Position numbers and translations under genes: made by a program. The notes under the pieces are model-generated. The model had not been told where the DNA came from, made no database searches, and worked only from the letters and a program-made list of their open reading frames with translations. From Atractiella rhizophila (taxonomy: Eukaryota), in assembly GCA_021432655.1 (NCBI GenBank), contig MU271335.1, positions 1 through 64,000 of the forward strand: a stretch of 64,000 bases of DNA. Direction: 5' to 3'. Below are positions 1-12,373 of the stretch, in pieces (positions within the stretch are counted from its first letter, which is position 1; every line of letters starts with the position of its first letter).

Positions 1-1304
1 GGGAACAGACGCGGGTGCCGGTGGGGGGATAGCGAAGTCTGGGTCTTCACAAGAGTCGTCATCGTTGTCGTCGATATAGGATGGTTGAATGGGGGGAGGC
101 AGGGAGAGTCCACCATCCGCTTCTTCTTCAAACTCTGAATCCGTAAAATCATCGTTGTTGACACCGTCGCCATCAACGCGGACGTCGAGACGATCTGGTT
201 CGTCGTACTCTGCATATTCTTCGTAGCCTTCCTCTTCGTCTTCCTCATCGTCATGGTAAGCCACGTTCCCACCAGCCCTTATCCTATCCATGAGCGCATT
301 CCCCATCCTCAATTTCTCTGGTACCGTCTGCGTCACCCTCTCACTCTCACCATCACTCTCCAAATCCAAGTCCAAATTCTCCTTCTCCTCATCATCCATC
401 CACTCCTGCTCCTCGAAGAATCCCTTCTGTGCAAGGGGAGAACCAGAGACCTTCTCGTCCGTGCCAGCGCTTTCTTCCGAGACCTTTCTCGCCCTCCTCC
501 TCCGCTTCATGATGTCAGCAACGGTCGCCCTTCCATCCCTCCTCTCCCATCGTTCCCTCTCCCTCCTCCTCCTCTCCTCCTCCCATCCCTCCTCATCTCT
601 TTCCCTCGCATCCATCAACCGTATCCTCTTCGCACTCCTCCCCACACTCACCCTCCCCACCACACCGCTCCTCTCTCCTCCTCCATCCCTCCCCCCTTCG
701 CCTTCCCCAATTCCGTCAACAGACACAGACGAGTTCGGCTCGTCCTCTTCCGGGACAGGAGACAGAGAGCGTGCCATGATGGGTGGCGGGGAGAGGAACG
801 ATTCTGCCCAAGAACGATCTTCTCGTTCTTGCTCGCGGAGCGAAGAGAGGTGGGAGAACTTGGATCGAGGAGAGAGAGAGATGAGGTGGTCCAGGTCCTC
901 GCAGAGAGCGGAGAGGTGCTCTCGAGTAGGAGTGTCGTAGTGGAACAGGCTCGCTCTTGGCGCTTCACCTTCCTCCAATTCCTCGCCTAACTCTGAATCG
1001 TGAAAGTGTTCCTCTTCCTCTTGCGAATGCGGAGGAGCGTGAGGATCTGAATTTGAGGGGGAGGAAGAGGGAGAGGGAGAAGGTGGGGGAATGTAAGAGC
1101 GTAAGTTTTGGGAGCGGCGTAAGAGTGGAGTGTCCTCCTTGGAGGTGGATTCGACGGAGGGAACGTTCTGGGAGGAGTTGGCGGAGGAATGGGCGGTGCG
1201 AGAATCGGAGGGGTGGTTGCCACCGAAAGTGAAGGAGGGGAGGAGGTCCTCAGATGCGTTTTCTCCGGTCGACGCGCCAAAGACGAAGGGATCCGCTGAG
1301 CTTC
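1..1304 (-). CDS. NUD1/Cdc11-like SPB/SIN scaffold, exon 2 (runs off the window start)
   Basis: Minus-strand frame open from a CAG acceptor at 1305-1307 towards position 1: GSSADPFVFG...RASLFHYDTPTREHLSALCEDL...SAKRIRL...GNALMDRIR. These resemble N-terminal motifs of fungal Nud1/Cdc11 proteins; the LRR region would lie outside the window. Absent from the ORF track (no stop in window). Splice phase matches the exon at 4293-4792. Confidence 0.6.
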
Positions 1305-1334
1305 CTGAACAGGGGAGAAAGAAGTCAACACACG

Positions 1335-1342
1335 NNNNNNNN
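1335..1342. other. Assembly gap (8 N)
   Basis: N-run, directly left of mirror block 1. Confidence 1.
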
Positions 1343-1676
1343 ACTATAGCTTCTAATGGAGAAAGGGTAACTCTGGTTATAAGTCCAACATCCACGCATA
1401 CGTTTTCCGAATGAGCCACCCTACCACTTGCTCTTCGCTTTGAGCAAAGATAAGTTGTAGCGCCACGTGGTACATAGGAGGAAGTAAACCTTCCCTCTTG
1501 ACCTGCCATACTCCCGTCCCAATGACCTCAGAGAACTTCCTAGGTATGAGAGGTTTCACGAGAGAATGTCGCAAAGGCTAAGTCAAATAAAGTGCTTGCT
1601 AGGACGCGAGTATGTCTGCGCTGAAAGGAGAGATAGTCTTTGATGCGCCTGTTGGTATGAAAGCTTCTACCGTATC
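1343..1676. CDS. RBA50: RBA50/RPAP1 C-terminal segment, read as complement left to right
   Basis: Complement translates DIEDYLFPIETNIQVVGAYAKGLLGGMVNEKRNSFLFNIAVHHVSSFIWKG...ILSKMA*, the continuation of ...RDIRLSVQDAVLE at 4882. Confidence 0.85.
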
Positions 1677-1704
1677 TGAAGGTACATTGTTGTTCCACTG
1701 GTTT

Positions 1705-4074
1705 AGTGAAGGAGGGGAAGGAGAAGAGTGGAAGGAGGAAGTCGACAAGGGTTGGGAGGTAGGTTGGTTGGAGTTTGGAAAGTCAGCTCTTAGGAAGACG
1801 GAAGGGGGAGCGAGCGAGCGCGTATGAAGAGGCCAGGTGAAGAAGGTAGAGGAGTTTATACTTGTTTTCGAAAAGTCGCATGAGCGGCTGTCTTCTCCGC
1901 ACCTTGGGCCAGCGAACCGGCGCCTTCCCCTGCTGCTCCAGCTCCTCACCTGGCGGTCTTCTCACGTGCTCACCATAATCCGGTCGCCGGACACCATCAA
2001 CTACCAAACATAGTTACAAACCCCGCTTATCTCTCCCTTTACGCTTGGTACTTAAGATGCTACAATTATGGTTTTACAAGTAGTTGGTAACATGAGTTTG
2101 GGTGACTGCTAGAGGGTTTGTCGAGGTAGTCGAGAAGTTGAGACTCTAACTGCACTTTGAGGTGTAACAGGAATGCTCTGGTCAACACTCAAGCTGAACT
2201 TTCATTTTTCTTATTTCGCTTGGAGCTCGAGGTCAAGTGCTTGCTCGTTGGCATCGAGAAGGTGAGCAAAGAACAGGAGGAGTGGGGAGTGCCTTGGTCG
2301 GTACTTCTCAAAGTGCAGGAAGGGGGCGAGACGTGAAGCTAGGTTCTTGAGAGAGTCTCGGTTGTGAACGCAGGATACTAGAAAGAGACCGGATGTTTGA
2401 CGTGATAGTCCGAGCGGTGGGATCTTCGATCATCTGCTACCCCCTTGTCTTCTGCATGGATTTGACTCGTTGCCTCTCGTGCTAAGAGACGGACCCGACG
2501 CGATATAGGTTGGAAGGGTTAGATTATCATAGTGTTCCGCCTTTCTGCTGAGATCGGGAGAAAGGGGTGGGGAAAGGGAGGGAAAGGAGAGGGAAGGAGG
2601 AGCCGGATTGGGAGTAGGAGGAGCTTCCTGACCCGCTGTCAAAGGGGAAGAGAGACATGTGCAGCGAAAGGGAGACGTCTCCTCCCCCTCCCCCTACTGG
2701 GAGCCTTTAACTCTTTCAGCAAAAAAATCCACCTCCTCTCCGCCCCCATTGCCGCTGCTCCCCTGACCTTCCACACCCGCCCACTTCCCCCGCTCACACA
2801 GCCTCCTCCTACAGCTCCACTGGCCGCCAGGTCCTCCTCAAGCGGGTCTACATTAGCCGCTTGCTCTCCTGCACTCTCATCTCCTCCCTCTTCTCCACCA
2901 TTATATAGCTGAAACCCCACGCCCTACTGTGGGCAGCTTAGTACCAACAAGACATCGTACTCTTCAACCACTCTTACTCTACACCTCCCCTCCTTGCCTT
3001 GCGTGCTCTACCACCCTATCACTTGCATGCGCGGCTATCCGTGCCTCCCTCGGTCCTTAGACTGCTACCCTTTTCACTTACGTATCGGGTAGCACAGACA
3101 GGAGCGTGCAGTTGTCCTTCTTTTCCCCTCCATCCTCGTTGCTTGGCTACATGTGCAGCCCATACTCGTTGCTTTCTCGTAGTTCCCGGTAGGTGTACGA
3201 GGGATACGAAACAGGTTCGTAGCATTTGGAGCCGGTTGAGAATAGAAGCTGGGTAAAGGAGCAGCAATTAGAGCGTTTTACATAAGAAGAGAGCACTAGT
3301 CTTTCACCTTATAGCTTGGAGCAGAGGAGGAGAATCGGAAACGAAAGTGTTGCTTACTCCCTATTCCTCTGCATGCTCCTGCAACCTATCTTAAAGTCGA
3401 AACCTTCGCCACAGCGGTCACATCTGCTGTGTCACCTCTCTGCCCCTTCTTCTCTCATTCTGAGGTTCCCGTCGGGTCTCGTGCGCAAGAGGAGGAGGCG
3501 GTCGCAAGGACAACAAGGTATGACAATCTGGTAGAAATAAATAAGCTTGTCCACAGAGCCGTCCTAGAAGTCCCACTCCCCCACTGATAGTCAGCTATAC
3601 CTTAGTTTAGTTCGCTAACTCCTCCTCCTCCTCGAGAAGTTGGAGAGGAGGTGAGTCACAAGTAAGCTGTTACGTTGCAAAACCATAACACACTCTTATC
3701 TATTACTTACGAGTACGTACACACGTGTTCACTCCAATCGTTCTTTAACTCCTACTCGACGTAGTGCTCGTACCCTATTGTCTGCACCTCTTGTTACTAG
3801 GTGAAACGACGTCTCACAGTTATGCTGAATATATTTCCCCTGTAACAACGACTTAAACTACGCAACTGCTCACTGTCTTCAGAGAGAATATCGGACCTTT
3901 CCGACTCTTATCGTTTTCTTTCTGCATGCGTATTCCTACGTTCTCAGGTTGGTGCAGGTGGGGAAGGTTAGGGTTGAGGAAGGAGGCGGCGGGTGAAGCG
4001 TGCGAGTAGGTGCGGGAGTCGCGAAAGTTACGGGGGTCTGTTTGGTCGCTTCGGTGCTCTTCGTCGTCGTGGTA
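1705..4074. CDS. ALG11: ALG11 alpha-1,2-mannosyltransferase (GT4), multi-exon, read right to left without complementing
   Basis: Reverse reading: MVLLLLVASLVCLGALK (signal anchor)...GLLHPYA|NAGGGGERVLWAA...VVYTGD...WANSSWTAGH...VVFPPCDT...LSVAQFR|PEKDH...GLSTMVDEHFGINIVEFM|AAGLIPLVHSSGGPLLDLVVP...TGF...RKGRK*. Canonical GT-AG introns in this reading. Confidence 0.95.
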
Positions 4075-4292
4075 CGTAGGTAGGTGACTGTGACTGTGAC
4101 TTTAGAGTTTTAAGTTGACGGTGCACTGTGTGCTGTGCTAGACAGGCGCTAGTTTTGTTGCTGCAGAAGTGGTTTTAACTCACTTCATCGTTCCCTTAGT
4201 CGCTCGCTAATCACCCTGTTCGTCCTTATATTCAACGTCACCGTCACTTTATAGTTCTTCAGTCCACTCTAAATCGTCCCTTGTAGTGTCGT

Positions 4293-4792
4293 TACCCGTT
4301 CGCGCGGACCAGGAGGCTGGAGAGATGCAGCACCGGGAGCGGTCGCGGCAGACGTAGGGAGGCGTGGAGGGTAGGGAGGAGGCGAAGTCGGCGGTGGCGG
4401 GGTAAGCGATTGCTGGAGTGGGTGAGGCGGCAGGGGCACGCGTGGTAGGTGGTAGGTGTAGGTGCGGCGAGGTTGAGGTTGCGGTCGAGGGTGAGGTTGA
4501 GGTTGAGGTTGCGCTCAACCGCGCTCGCTTCGTCTTCGTTACTAAGTGTCCTATGGTCGCCACCACCTCTCCGCCCGTCGTAGCAGCAGTCCCTCCTACA
4601 CTGCCTCCACGTCCCTCGGGACTTCACCAACTTCGGACCGTACCGGGCACCTGTTCCCTCTCCTTACCGTCGCCCCTACCCGCTCCTGGAGAAGTCGGGG
4701 CGTGTTTGAGCTCTCCAACAAACTTGGAGGCAGCGGCTTTGAAGTACGCTGACGTAGGGGCCTACGTAGACATAGCCCTGTCTTCCTCTCTC
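4293..4792. CDS. NUD1/Cdc11-like gene, exon 1, read as complement left to right
   Basis: Complement: MGKRAWSSDLSTSWPSP...GMGEDLFS/PHKLERLFEPPSPK (needs removal of one base in the G4 run at 4697-4700), then a GTGCGT donor whose phase matches the acceptor at 1305. Confidence 0.6.
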
Positions 4793-4879
4793 CACGCAGG
4801 AAGAAAGAAGGAAGTACTGAAGAAGCGAAGATAGCGTACAGAAAAGTAAAGTAAACGTAAAAGCAAATTAACCCAGTAG

Positions 4880-7800
4880 TCCTCCAACACTGCGTCCTGT
4901 ACAGAAAGGCGAATATCACGGGCGACGTGGAGGTAATCTTTCCAAAGCAGAGAACGATAGTCTGACGGATACCGCATAGAGAGTGGCAGGATAAGCATTT
5001 TCGCAAATGCCTGGTCGCCAAACGACACTGCTTCGAATATCCCCAGTAGGTCGGAATAAAATTGATAAAAGGGTGTTGTACGCAGGAAGGCCTTTGAGGC
5101 AGTCTCCAAACCTTGGGAACGGGCGAGCGGTTTGGATTGAGACAGTGCGGTAAGGAGGGAGGATATGGAGTGCGAGACGGACGAGTCCCGGAACAGCTGC
5201 TGACTCGAATCTACACTAGTGAAAGGTCTGTTCTTCTCCAGCATGTACACTTTCATGATGTTGAAAAGTAGCAACGATCGATCTACCTTGACTCCGTTCG
5301 AGATGTGAGCAAGAAGGGACATTCGAGAGAGAACAAGGGACACGCGGGTAACCTCTACTTCTTCTGCAATTTGAGTGTCTGGCTCCTGGGAGCGACTCCT
5401 GAGTAAGTAGTCCACCCCTACAAACATCCAATCTGGTCGTAGCAGCTGGTCGTAAGGCTGAAGCTGGCGATCCATCGTCGAAAGACGAGAATACTTGTGG
5501 GCCTGTTGTGATGCCGGTTCGACAGACAACACTTCCGCCATCAGCGGTCTGATGAGTGGCAGATGTACCAATGAGGGCACTTCAAGCTGCAAATCAAGCA
5601 CGAATGGGTCTGGCGACACTGTGGAACCAGCCAAGACGACCATGAGGGAGTCGAGGATACGGACTGCAATTGTCTCGTGACCCGTGCGCAACAGGGGGAG
5701 GAGAATGAAAGCCAGAGGGAGCTTTTGAATCATTGGAAGTGCTTGGACAGCATCAACGCAGAGGTTGAGTATTGGTAAATGAAGTGCACCAAAGTTTTCA
5801 GTGGCCAAGTGGCGGAGTAACGATGAATACACGTTGGCATCGATCTTGTCCCCTAACATCTGAGGAAGTTGTGCATATAGCTGAAGGTAACCAGTGAGAA
5901 GCTTCGCTGCCAACAAACATTCTTGGGATGTCTTCGAATTGAAAATTTCCTCTGAGCTCATCCCTCGGATCTCATTGATATCCCCCTGCACTGTTTCCAG
6001 CATTTTCGACGCCTGTTCAAAAGCGACGATGCCCTTGTCTGCATTGGTAGCCTTCAAGCCTTCGAGTGCGTAAGCTGCCAGCGTCAACAACGGGGCAACT
6101 ATCCTACAGTCGCGTTGAGGGGCAACATTCTTCAAGGTTTGAAAACTGGATAGGGCCATCTCCTCTACTTGGGTCCAAACGATGTCGTGATGAGGGGTAA
6201 CATAATGAGGATTCATGGCCGCGATCGTCCACGCCACTTTCAAAGAGATCCATCTCTCAAACAGAGCTTTATCGCGCTCCTCATCTATGTTCTTCCCGTC
6301 GACGAATCGCCTCTCAAAGACTTCGAATACTGGAGTTGCTACTCTCAGCACATCGCAACCCAGCCCATACTCCGCCAACCTCTCATAGATGCCGAGGACG
6401 AGACCACCGAGATCGTGAGCTTCATCTTCCACTCCGGCTGCGTGCCACGGAGGAACAGCAAGGAAGCGGAGTAGTGTATCAGCAGTAGTAGAAGAAAGGA
6501 GTCTCTCTGAGCTTGCGCGTGATGAAGAGACAAGAACATGGAGGTATATGAGGGGTACGCGAGACGGGGCCAAATTGCGAGGTGACGGCCAGTTTCTGAC
6601 CGAGAGAAGGGTGGAGACTTGGTCGAGGAAGTGGATGGGTGGAGTGGGGATGGGGAAGCCACGAAGAATCAGACCAGACAGGACGGAGAGAACGAGGAGG
6701 GTGATCGTTCCTGGTATTGACCCTCATGAAGCTCCTTGATTGCGCCAGAATGAGCGAAGAAGGCTGCCGGCGACGCTTCAACGACCTTGTTCTCCACTTG
6801 AGGCTCCAACTCCTTCTCCCAATTCTCAACTCCCCAGGTGTACAATTCCTCCATGCTGGCCACTTCTATGTCAGGCAACCCCATCAAACTCTCCAAAGCC
6901 TCAACCGTCGCGCCAATCAGTCGTTGGTTTCTCTCCTTCAACAGGAATCCAACAGAAGCACGCTTCACCACCTCCATCTCAAACTTGTGCTTCTTCATCC
7001 CTTCTACAATTCCAGGCTGCAACTCCCCATACCCTCCAGCTCTGATCCTCCTCAGAATACGTCCTGCGAGTTGAAACGCGGCACTCCTCTGAGCCACAAC
7101 TTCGGATCCCAAGACTGAAAGCAGAGAAGTGATCGAGAAACTGGGATTTGAGGAATTTGAAGCGTGATGTGAATGTGGATGAGCATGAGCCTCTTGCGCC
7201 GAAACAGAACTGAGACTCGCATTTCCTTGCAGGTCAAAGACGATATCAACCGTCTTCTCCCCCTCCAAACGCGGAGGGCTGGACACTGACGAGCTACCAA
7301 TAATCCAATCCAACGCTCCCGAAGGGGAGGGATCCGGTTCGTTGGGGAAATAGGTGCGTCGAATATGTTCCGGCGTCCCTTCATCCTCCTCTTTCCTATT
7401 CTTATCACCCAGCTGTAAGTTGTCTTTAACCGGAGGTTTTGAGACCGTGATCGTTGTTGCCTCACTTCGAGCTGCTGGCGGCACGCTTTCTGAGCCCACA
7501 GTCGAGGAGGACGAGCTGAGAATGTTTGATTTTGAGATACCTCGATTTCGAAGCATATTTATCAGCTCCTTGGAGAGTCCAAGCTCTGCAATCTGCTGTC
7601 GCTCGATCTCGATCTGCTCCTCCGTCATACTCGCTAATAATCGTTCGTTTTCGTCGCTAACCGATCGCAAGAGATCTTCCGTATCATTCTTTGGCTGGTT
7701 GGAGTTTGGTTCATCCAGCCCACGACTTCTCGGTGGTGGTGGTGGTTCGGAAGGAATGGTGATCTTCTGTGATGCCGGAAATCCACTGGACGTGGAGGAC

Positions 7801-8138
7801 GCTATCCTTTCGCGTTCAGCCCTCGCGCGCGCGAAGCGTGACTGTTTTTTCTCTGCAATCGGGATGGGAGGTGAATCCTGGAGAGTGGGAGGAAGCGGGA
7901 TGGCATTTGACCGTGCCTGCTCCACAATCCCTCCCAACAAAATGGCGGAGGACGGAGGCTTGGGTGATGTTTTGAGCGATTCTGGTGCTTGATGCGGCGT
8001 AGGTGACGTCTGTGCCCATGCTGGCGGAGTTTTAGAGGGACGAACAACTTTGGCTGACGGTCTGCCACTGGAGGCGAAGGAGGCGTCGATCTCATCTATG
8101 GAGGCGCCGGGTCTTGGGCGTATTGGTAGTCCATCCAT
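4880..8138 (-). CDS. RBA50: RNA polymerase II-associated protein Rba50/RPAP1 (main body)
   Basis: RPAP1_N-like DENERLLASMTEEQIEIERQQI; RPAP1_C-like FDLQG...HHA...FSITSLLSVLGSEVVAQRSAAFQLAGRIL; later RPDWM and FYQFYSDLLGIFEAVSFGDQAFAKMLILPLSMRYPSDYRSLLW. Frame change near 6721; tail lies in mirror block 1. Confidence 0.88.
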
Positions 8139-8448
8139 ACTGCACAACTTTCTAAGCGTTTACGCCTTGGAATGCAGTGGAAATAGGTCACTCGCCTTGT
8201 TTTATTCATCAGTCGCTGTGCGGACTGTTGGTTCGGAAGCGCGGCGACGTTTGTTGAAGATTTACACAAATTTACAATGTTAATAACATTGGATTAATAA
8301 CTTAACTGGACTATATGGACGGGTGTCGATGTCATAGAGTATAATGGGCCTTTTCTAGTTCGATAACAAAAGGAGATTATATTCCCTCTACCTCACCATC
8401 CGCTCGATACTTTACTCTTCTCTTCAAAATGGTATCAAAAAAATATCT

Positions 8449-10739
8449 TTACAACTCATGTTGCTCAAAGAGCAACTTCTTGCTCTGCTCATAAACAAGC
8501 CAAGAAAGTGCGACCCTATGCACCACCATCCCTCGTAAATTGCCGTTCTCCAAACAAGGAAGAGAGGGGACGTACGAAGGGACCACTTTGCCCAGAGTAG
8601 GGGTGAGGCCACGATAAAAGCCTCTGACTCCTTCGTTCTCCCACGTCTTCATCGCCACATCCTTGAATCCTCCATAGATCTGCGGATGAGCTGGAGTGCC
8701 TTGCGCCTGCATCCGGGTGCGAACAAGGTTTCTTGAAAATTTTGAACAGAAATCCGTCAGCACGACTCTCACATTTATGAGATAAGGAGACGCACAACGG
8801 GTATACGGATGTGGCGCCTATCCCTCCACTAAAGCTTCCAATCGCCAATACTCTGTCCAGTGCAAATGCTTCAGTCACATACACAACCGTCAAAGGCGAG
8901 AAGACGAACCCAAACACGCCCGGTTCCTTCCCATTTGTCCATTTGGTATATATTACCTTCAATCCTTCAAAAACACTCATGTCTATAGCACTATAGGGAA
9001 AGACGCCGACGAGGCCAGGTATGAGACCTTTGAAGTAAGCTCTCATCCCGCCATTCCTCCACATCTCCCTCCCCGTCTCTATTATCAGCTTGTTACCTGC
9101 GAAATCTCCGCCAGTAGAGGACATGACGCGAGTCTTGAGGGTCTCGATGGGATAAATCACTGCATCGTCACCATCAACACGAGAAAGCCAGAAGTAGAGT
9201 AGTAGGAGACGTACTAAGTTGACTGATGATCCCACCAATACCACCACTGACAAACCGACTCGCGCCACTGATATCCCTCACATCATCCACGCGGTCCCAA
9301 TACCTCGCAAAAAGGCGCTTAGAGGATTCATAGCTCAGAAACTTGACCGCCGACTCAGGGAAGATCTTGATGACATTCAATCCGTTCCCGACAAAGAAAG
9401 CCCGCATACCCCCTTGCCGGTACAAGGCGGTGATGGCATCTCGGAGGACATAGATGCCTTGGGTCGAAGCCGAGGCGACGGCCACTGTCGCACTGAGCGG
9501 ATTGGAAGTCTTCAGGTGGATAGCGGGTGAATGGACGGTCGAGGTGATGAGGTAGATTTTTAAGCGGTCGAATGGGGCGGTTGCAGTTCGAGACACTACA
9601 TCACGACACCGAGGAACAAATCAATTCCTTCCTTCCCTTTCATGCAGCATGAAAAAGAGAAAGGAAACGCACCTGCACCGGCTATCCCACCTGCGAGCAA
9701 GAACTTGCCCGCGCCTTTGAACATGTCATCCGGCTCCTCTTCCTCCTCATCCTCCTCTACATCATCGTCTCCATTCTCCTCCGCGGAGTGATTGTGATTG
9801 TGATTATTATTGTGACTGACGGCTAGGGACTCTTTCTTCTTGCCCTCCTTCTCTCCCAATACAAAATCCCCATCTGGGGTCAAAATGGTGACTGGATCCC
9901 GCCTGTGGGCTTGGTAGTAAGAGTAGATTTCGGGGATGGATGGGTGACGGGGAAGGAGCTGTTTAAATCTGTTAGTCCGAGAAGAGGGGAGGACGCAAGA
10001 CGAACAAGAAGGAAGTCACGCCATTCCGCATAAGATATCGTGCCATCTCTATCCATGTCTATTGCTTCCAGAAACTCGAGGACATGCTTGTCATTGATCT
10101 CCATCCCTAAGCAGCCACCACTTCTTCAGTGATACGATGAGAAAATGAAGTAGACGAACCGGCGCGATGGAAGGCCTTTTGAAGCTCTTCCCTGTCTAAA
10201 GCTCCATCTCTGTTCTTGTCTACTTCCTGAAAGATATGCCATAGCTCTGACAATCCGTCATCACCATCCATCACTCTGCCAATCAGAGAAGAGAGGGAAA
10301 ACAACCTACCAACTTCCTTCTTTGCGCAGAACCTCTCAAAGTCGTCCCAACTCAGCTCCCTCTCCTTTTCCTTTCCCTTTCCCTTCTTCTGCACTGTGTT
10401 CCACCAAGTCGCTTTCCCTTTCGCAGCCACGTTCTCATCTTCGAACTCCTTCTTCTCGCACTCGGTCCACAGCTCCCTCTTGTACTTCTCCCGCTCTTTC
10501 CGCTTCTCCAGCTCCGCATTCGACGCCTCTCGCAAATTCATGCTCGCTTCTACGGGCGAGGGAGAGAGCGACTCGTACAGCTTCCGGAGACGGACTAGCC
10601 GGGCGGAAGGGGACTCAGAGTCGTAAGGATTGGGAGCTTGGGAGGTTGAGGGGTCAGATGCTTGGGAGGCTGAAGAGGCTGACGTTGAAGGAGCGAGGGT
10701 CGCGTCGAAGATGTCCCTGTTCGACGGGGGTGGTGACAT
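8449..10739 (-). CDS. SAL1: Ca2+-binding mitochondrial ATP-Mg/Pi carrier (Sal1/SLC25A24 type), multi-exon
   Basis: EF-hands DKNRDGALDREEL and DMDRDGTISYAEW, then three carrier repeats (TATAPFDRLK, IYPIETLKTR, VYPL|NLVRTRMQAQG) and GNGLNVIKIFPESAVKF. Confidence 0.92.
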
Positions 10740-12373
10740 GGCGACTGGATGTGTATTACTAGTAGACTATCCTGAGGGAGGTATTACTGAGTGAGAGATA
10801 AAGATGCTGAGATGGAAGATGAGTCTCAGAAAGACTGGTCGTTGAAAACAGGGAAAGACGCAAGAATGTTGCTCCACCTCCGAAATATGCCGGAAGTAAA
10901 ACGACCAAGTAAACATCACATCATAGGGCCATAACGACTTCAGCATCACGCCAAGATATACATGCGTAACAATGTCCTTGTGATTGGAGCCCTCACTATG
11001 CGTTACCTATGAAGGTCAAGGAGGAGGGCCTTCAGGTGTGTTGTCCTGCATTCAGTCCTCCATTATTGGACAGTTGGAAAACCTTTCTCTCCCATTTATG
11101 ATGGCTATTTTGTTTATTGGAGAGGTTGAGCAGCTTGAAGTGTACGCCACAATGTCTGAAAACATGGCGACTAGGCCTCTCATTCACATTCAGTCAAATA
11201 GTTCACGGGCCAGATTTGATTGACTGTTATAGGAGACAATCTTCTCTCCTCTGGTAACGGGCCATTATTAGAACATGAATAAACAGATGCAATGGACGGA
11301 TTAAAGGGAAAACTCTACTCAAGTCCCTTATTGAAGGGTTGGGACCTTGTCGAAGGGACAAATCGTGATAAAAAAGAGAAAGGGAAAATCCTTGTGGTAC
11401 AAGGCCAAACTCTCCTTTGTCCTCGACCTCGATAAGGTGAACTAGCTTGCCATAAATCTTTCATCCCATCCCAGCAGTTTATCGCACATCTATTTGCACT
11501 TTCAAGCAGTCTACAAGTTCTCTAAATCTAATCAGAAATGCTCGTAACCTTTGTCGGATTGGGTAACACACGTCCTCCTCCGTTCTCAAAAGAAGTAGCG
11601 ATGCCCAACATCCTAAGTTCTTCCACACAAAGGCAAGATACCTCGTCCAGAGAGTTTCATACGCTTATTTATCTTTAGGTCACGATATCAAACAATAAAC
11701 TACTGGAGTTTCTCCCAATTCGTCCATAGGAAGCTAACTAGGCCTACGACGATGCTGATGCTTTCTACCCTTTACGCCTTTATGAGCTTTTTTACCCATA
11801 TATTTCAGAGCCTCACTAAGATTGAATCGCTTTTTATGCAATCAGACACTATCCCTAGTTTGTCTTGGGGACAATCGATGAATCATCTGGTCTAGCTTCT
11901 CCATTATCATCGAATTGATTTCGAAATCTTATTTTGGTTGCATCTCTCATCCTCGATACTGTCAAAGTAACATTTTGCCCTTCTTTCTGTCTGTCAGCTC
12001 CATGTCGCCTTGTTCACTTAGTACTTAGTAGTATTTTGTTATCCTAATCTTGCCTCGACAAGCTCAACTTTTCATTTTCTCACTACGGATACTATCCAGC
12101 AAGTCTATAGACTACATCGGTATCATCACAGTGACTTTTGGAGACCCCCCCTCCCCTCAATACACCCAGAAAGCTCGGCGAACACCCTTGTCTTTCCCAA
12201 CGTCAGCAGCGTTGGCGAGACTCATCAAAGCCTTCTTCGGCGACAACGACTTAGAGATCCGATCACTTTCACCCCTCCAGACCATATTTCGAAGTTTTAG
12301 CGCCAACTTTTGTATTGGCTTGGAACTTTGAAATCTACAATGTCAGTGCTAGCAGAGCTGCTCATTCAGATCC

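Larger units (their letters stand above)
1343..4879. other. Mirror-reversed block 1 (reversed, not complemented)
   Basis: Only the complement-only and reverse-only readings give coherent proteins with GT-AG introns. Right junction at about 4877-4880, inside RPAP1. Confidence 0.95.

Noticed and set aside
253..990. Plus-strand 245-aa and 216-aa ORFs
   Set aside because: Antisense shadows of the purine-rich minus-strand exon.
1343..4879. ORF-track ORFs inside block 1 as novel orphan genes
   Set aside because: They are by-products of mirrored coding sequence; the real products appear only in the mirrored readings.
4762..4879. Hydrophobic C-terminus YWVNLLLRLLYF... of the 603-aa ORF as a membrane anchor on RPAP1
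   Set aside because: It is read-through into the mirrored block (intron of the NUD1-like gene), not the true tail.
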